The notes under the pieces were generated by a model. That model made no database searches. It was given only the letters and a program-made list of their open reading frames with translations, and was not told the origin of the DNA. Shown piece by piece: positions 60,665-64,000 of a stretch of 64,000 nt of DNA (positions are counted from its first letter, which is position 1; each line of letters begins with the position of its first letter). A program made the translations under genes and the position numbers. The stretch comes from an uncultured Bacteroidales bacterium (GTDB taxonomy: Bacteria; Bacteroidota; Bacteroidia; Bacteroidales; CAYVNP01): assembly GCA_964452905.1 (NCBI GenBank), contig CAYVNP010000010.1, forward strand, positions 24,420 through 88,419. The letters run 5' to 3'.

Positions 60665-63600
60665 ATGGAAAATAACAGTTTGTCAAACATTGATCTTCAA
60701 TTTGAGCAGTCCTCTAATTCAAAAGGTAAATATTTAATATTTGATGTTGAAACGACCGGACTTCTTCCAAAAAATCATAATGAATTAACTAACCTTCATG
60801 AATGGCCACGTATTTTACAGGTTGCATGGATTTTATTTGATGAAGAAGGTAAACAAATAAATGCTCAGAATCGATATATAAAACAAAGTCATCCTATTCC
60901 AAAAAAATCAATACGTATTCATGGTATTGATGATAAACGCATCATTGAAAAAGGAGAAAAATCTATTACCGTTTGGAATGATTTTGTTAAAGATATTGAC
61001 AACTGCGATTATATCGTAGCACACAATATAGAATTTGATATTACAGTTATTGAGTCGGAACTCAATCGAATGAATTTTTTTAATCGTTTTGCTGGTAAAA
61101 AAAAGATTTGCACTATGCAAAGCGGAAAAGATTATTGTTTAATTCCAGATGAAGACGGTAGTGGTTACAAATATCCTGCACTAGATGAAGTTTATTTAAA
61201 ATGTTTCCATCCCTTTGATTCAATTACAACTATCACAGGACTGCACGATGCATATGTTGATACAGCTATTGCAGCAAAAGTTTTTTTCTTTTTATTACAT
61301 CAAAATCATTTACAACTGTCTGAAGCTATTGCTGAACCTTTTAAACTTTCTAATTCATTGTTTCTTAATAATGAACATAAAAAAGGAAATAAGTTTTTCG
61401 TTAATATTATTCTTCCTACATTATTTACAATTTTCTTTTTTATTATCACCATCTTTTTCATTATCATCCCACGAATCAGGGAAAACATAATGATTGTGAA
61501 ACGTGAAATGACCAAAGAGTTAACAAATTCAGCATACAGTATATTGGTTGAATATGAAAATGAAGAAAAAAAAGGAAATCTTTCTTCTAAACAAGCACAA
61601 GAAGCAGCCATCTCCCGAATTAAATATTTGCGTTATGGTGATGAAAATAAAGATTATTTCTGGTTGACCGATCTGCATCCCACGATGATTATGCATCCTT
61701 ACCGTTCTGATTTAAATGGAAAGGACTTATCGAATTTTACGGATGCACATAATAAAAAATTATTTGTGGAATTTGTAAAAACTGTTGAGTCAAATGAAAG
61801 CGGGTATGTAGATTATATGTGGCAATGGAAAGATGATTCAACTCATATTGTGCCTAAACTTTCATATGTGAAAATATTTAAACCATGGAACTGGATTATT
61901 GGAACAGGAATTTATCTTGAAGATGTTAAAAAAGAAATCGAATCACTTACAAATAAATTGATCTTAATTTCTCTTGCTATCTCCTCTGTTATTGCTCTTC
62001 TGCTTTTTTATATTACCAGACAAAGTCTTATTATTGAACGTAAACGTAAAACGGCAGAAATAAAATTGCGTGCCTCACGGGAAAAATATAAAACATTAGT
62101 TGAAGCTACCACAGATGGGTTGATACTAATAATGGATAATAAAATAGTATTTACAAATAATAAATTCAATCAGTTAATCGGTTATTCCCTTGAAGAACTA
62201 ATGGGCAAATCATTCACTTTCTTAATAAGCAAAAATAATCCCGAAAAAGTTAAAAAGAAGTTTATGGATCAAAATATTACTGATGGTAAATTTGAACTTG
62301 AACTTAATAAGAAAACGGGTGAAGCCATTGACTTACTAATTCAAGTTTCTACTATTATCTTATCTGATAAGACAAGCAAGATTCTTACCTTAAAAGATAT
62401 TTCGTTAAACCCGGATGTAAAATTAAATTCTGAGAATCTGCAAACACTTTTGGATGAAGTTGATATTGGATTTATCAGAATAATCCCTGAAGAAAAATTT
62501 CAGGTTATATATGCTAATAATTCAATGGTGAATATGCTCGGATATTCAAGTAACAAAGATTTATCCAGACAGAATATCCTTGATTTGATTGCCGATCAGG
62601 AGGATAAGAAAAATTTGGAAAATCTACTCATTAAAAAAAATAAATTAAATTCGATTGAGCTTCGCCTTAAACATAAAAACAACTCCATTATTACTGTTAA
62701 TGCAAATTTAAAAGTTTATTTAAATGAACAACAACAGTTGATTTGTGACGGTATAGTTGAAAACATAACTCAACAAACAAAACTGGTGCAAGACTACAAA
62801 AGTATCATTGCTGAACTGCATACAAAATCTTCATTTATGTTTCAACAGGTATCTTCTTTTGTTAAACATGTTGGTTATACCGAACTCGAGTCAACTGCTT
62901 CATCAATATTAGATCAGATGAATCGTCAAAAATATGATGCAGTTGTTGTTCGTAAATCAGGTGAAGAATTTGTTGGGATAATTACTGCCAAAGATATTAT
63001 TAATCGGATTATTCTAAAAGGTTTAACATTGGATAAACTGGCCTATGAATTTATGAGCGCACCCATTATTTCAATTAATTCTTCTACTCCAATTCATGAG
63101 GCAATTCAATTATTTAACCAAAATCAATTTAATCATCTGATTGTTAAAAATGAAAACGGATCTATTGCCGGTATGTTATCACTTCAACAATTACAATCTG
63201 TATTTCTAACTAATTATTCATTTATTGAACAACAAATTCAAAATGCTGAAACGGATGAAGAACTAATTCATTATTATAATCATTTTGTACTTTATTGTCA
63301 ATCATTGATAGTACAAGCCAATCAAATAAAAAATATAGGAAAAATTGGAGCATCAATTTCAAAACTTATCACCTCACAAATAATTAAACTTTCTATTGCT
63401 CAACTTGGTCCACCACCTGTTGACTTTGCATTTGTTGCTTTAGGTAGCGAAGGTAGAAAAGAACAAACGCTAGCAACAGATCAGGATAATGCAATTATTT
63501 TTGAAGACAACATCAATACAGATTTTAAAATTAATCAGGAATATTTTATCCGTTTAGGGGAGAAAATCTGTTTCTCATTAAATAAGGTTGGATTTAAATA

Positions 63601-64000
63601 CTGCAAAGGAATGATAATGGCCAGAAATCCCAAATGGGTGCAACCTTTGTCTCAATGGAAAAACTATTTTACCGAATGGATAAACACCCCTGAACCCAAA
63701 CATCTCCTTGATACATCAATATTCTTTGATATGCGTGCAATTTATGGCAGTCATTCATTTGTTGATAATTTACATCAGCATATTCACTCAATTTCATATC
63801 AAAATGCTTCATTTTTTTATAATCTCGCTGACAATGTTTTGAGTTTTAAACCTTCAATCAGTATTACCGGTAATCTTGTTACAGAAAAAAAAGCGGATAA
63901 AGAATTTATTGATCTTAAATATGCTGTTGTTCCAATTATTATGTTTGTCCGTATTTACGCATTACAGCATAATATTAAATCAATAAATACTGAAGAACGG
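60665..64000 (+). CDS. Partial (3'-truncated by the window) multidomain protein: DEDDh 3'-5' exonuclease, TM, single Cache, TM, PAS x2, CBS pair, DUF294-type nucleotidyltransferase
   Basis: - This ORF is not in the supplied track. I translated the frame from ATG 60665 by hand to about 63,540 and skimmed the rest to the window end, and found no stop.
- Exonuclease motifs: Exo I LIFDVETTGL, Exo II VAHNIEFD, Exo III GLHDAYVDTAIAAKVF.
- TM1: FFVNIILPTLFTIFFFIITIFFIII.
- Cache: DYFWLTDLHPTMIMHPYRSDLNGKDLS...GYVDYMWQWKDD...PKLSYVKIFKPWNWIIGTGIYLEDV.
- TM2: LILISLAISSVIALLLFYI.
- PAS-like: YKTLVEATTDGLILI.
- CBS: YDAVVVRKSGEEFVGIITAKDII and FNHLIVKNENGSIAGMLS.
- NTase: FAFVALGSEGRKEQTLATDQDNAIIF. 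Confidence 0.8.
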   Translation, partial: MENNSLSNIDLQFEQSSNSKGKYLIFDVETTGLLPKNHNELTNLHEWPRILQVAWILFDEEGKQINAQNRYIKQSHPIPKKSIRIHGIDDKRIIEKGEKSITVWNDFVKDIDNCDYIVAHNIEFDITVIESELNRMNFFNRFAGKKKICTMQSGKDYCLIPDEDGSGYKYPALDEVYLKCFHPFDSITTITGLHDAYVDTAIAAKVFFFLLHQNHLQLSEAIAEPFKLSNSLFLNNEHKKGNKFFVNIILPTLFTIFFFIITIFFIIIPRIRENIMIVKREMTKELTNSAYSILVEYENEEKKGNLSSKQAQEAAISRIKYLRYGDENKDYFWLTDLHPTMIMHPYRSDLNGKDLSNFTDAHNKKLFVEFVKTVESNESGYVDYMWQWKDDSTHIVPKLSYVKIFKPWNWIIGTGIYLEDVKKEIESLTNKLILISLAISSVIALLLFYITRQSLIIERKRKTAEIKLRASREKYKTLVEATTDGLILIMDNKIVFTNNKFNQLIGYSLEELMGKSFTFLISKNNPEKVKKKFMDQNITDGKFELELNKKTGEAIDLLIQVSTIILSDKTSKILTLKDISLNPDVKLNSENLQTLLDEVDIGFIRIIPEEKFQVIYANNSMVNMLGYSSNKDLSRQNILDLIADQEDKKNLENLLIKKNKLNSIELRLKHKNNSIITVNANLKVYLNEQQQLICDGIVENITQQTKLVQDYKSIIAELHTKSSFMFQQVSSFVKHVGYTELESTASSILDQMNRQKYDAVVVRKSGEEFVGIITAKDIINRIILKGLTLDKLAYEFMSAPIISINSSTPIHEAIQLFNQNQFNHLIVKNENGSIAGMLSLQQLQSVFLTNYSFIEQQIQNAETDEELIHYYNHFVLYCQSLIVQANQIKNIGKIGASISKLITSQIIKLSIAQLGPPPVDFAFVALGSEGRKEQTLATDQDNAIIFEDNINTDFKINQEYFIRLGEKICFSLNKVGFKYCKGMIMARNPKWVQPLSQWKNYFTEWINTPEPKHLLDTSIFFDMRAIYGSHSFVDNLHQHIHSISYQNASFFYNLADNVLSFKPSISITGNLVTEKKADKEFIDLKYAVVPIIMFVRIYALQHNIKSINTEER

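Noticed and set aside
61215-61611. Track ORFs 61215..61490 (+) and 61306..61611 (-), and also 60908..61120 (-)
   Set aside because: All lie inside, out of frame with or antisense to, the long unlisted ORF starting at 60665. That ORF has clear exonuclease and Cache motifs. The small ORFs are hydrophobic or low-complexity shadows.

Overview
The window looks like a low-GC Bacteroidota-type chromosome segment. The evidence is nine proteins ending in T9SS (Por) C-terminal sorting domains, one good Bacteroidota-style -33/-7 promoter match, and lipoprotein- or signal-peptide-rich CAZymes. All family calls come from motifs I recognised by eye; no search was run.

Layout:
- 0.6-2.1 kb: an ArnT/PMT-like membrane glycosyltransferase.
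- 2.1-40.6 kb: a dense, almost entirely minus-strand polysaccharide-degradation cluster.
  - Four paralogous giant T9SS-secreted enzymes share one catalytic module I cannot assign to a family, plus CBM6, PA14 and Ig-like modules.
  - It also holds a GH2 beta-galactosidase, GH43, a GH78 rhamnosidase and a GH63-like enzyme.
  - A LamG-GH95 fucosidase gene is interrupted by a single in-frame TAA.
  - A 2110-aa beta-helix-like surface protein closes the cluster.
  - No SusC/SusD pair and no regulator lie inside it.
- 41.0-41.5 kb: tRNA-Asp(GUC) plus two degenerate tRNA-like copies in 200-bp phasing.
- 41.6-60.5 kb: mostly housekeeping and envelope genes (M14 peptidase, dapA, ddl, PKD-repeat protein, NDH-2, TonB-dependent receptor, larE, Crp/Fnr). 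Embedded here is an unusual co-directional block at 49.5-55.0 kb in which three TerB-like domains sit among two periplasmic sensor-type proteins that lack conventional output domains.
- 60,665 to the window end: a long ORF absent from the supplied ORF track, presumably because it has no stop in the window. It fuses a DEDDh exonuclease, a TM-Cache-TM module, PAS, CBS and a DUF294-type nucleotidyltransferase.

I saw no rRNA, CRISPR array, transposase, integrase or phage genes.
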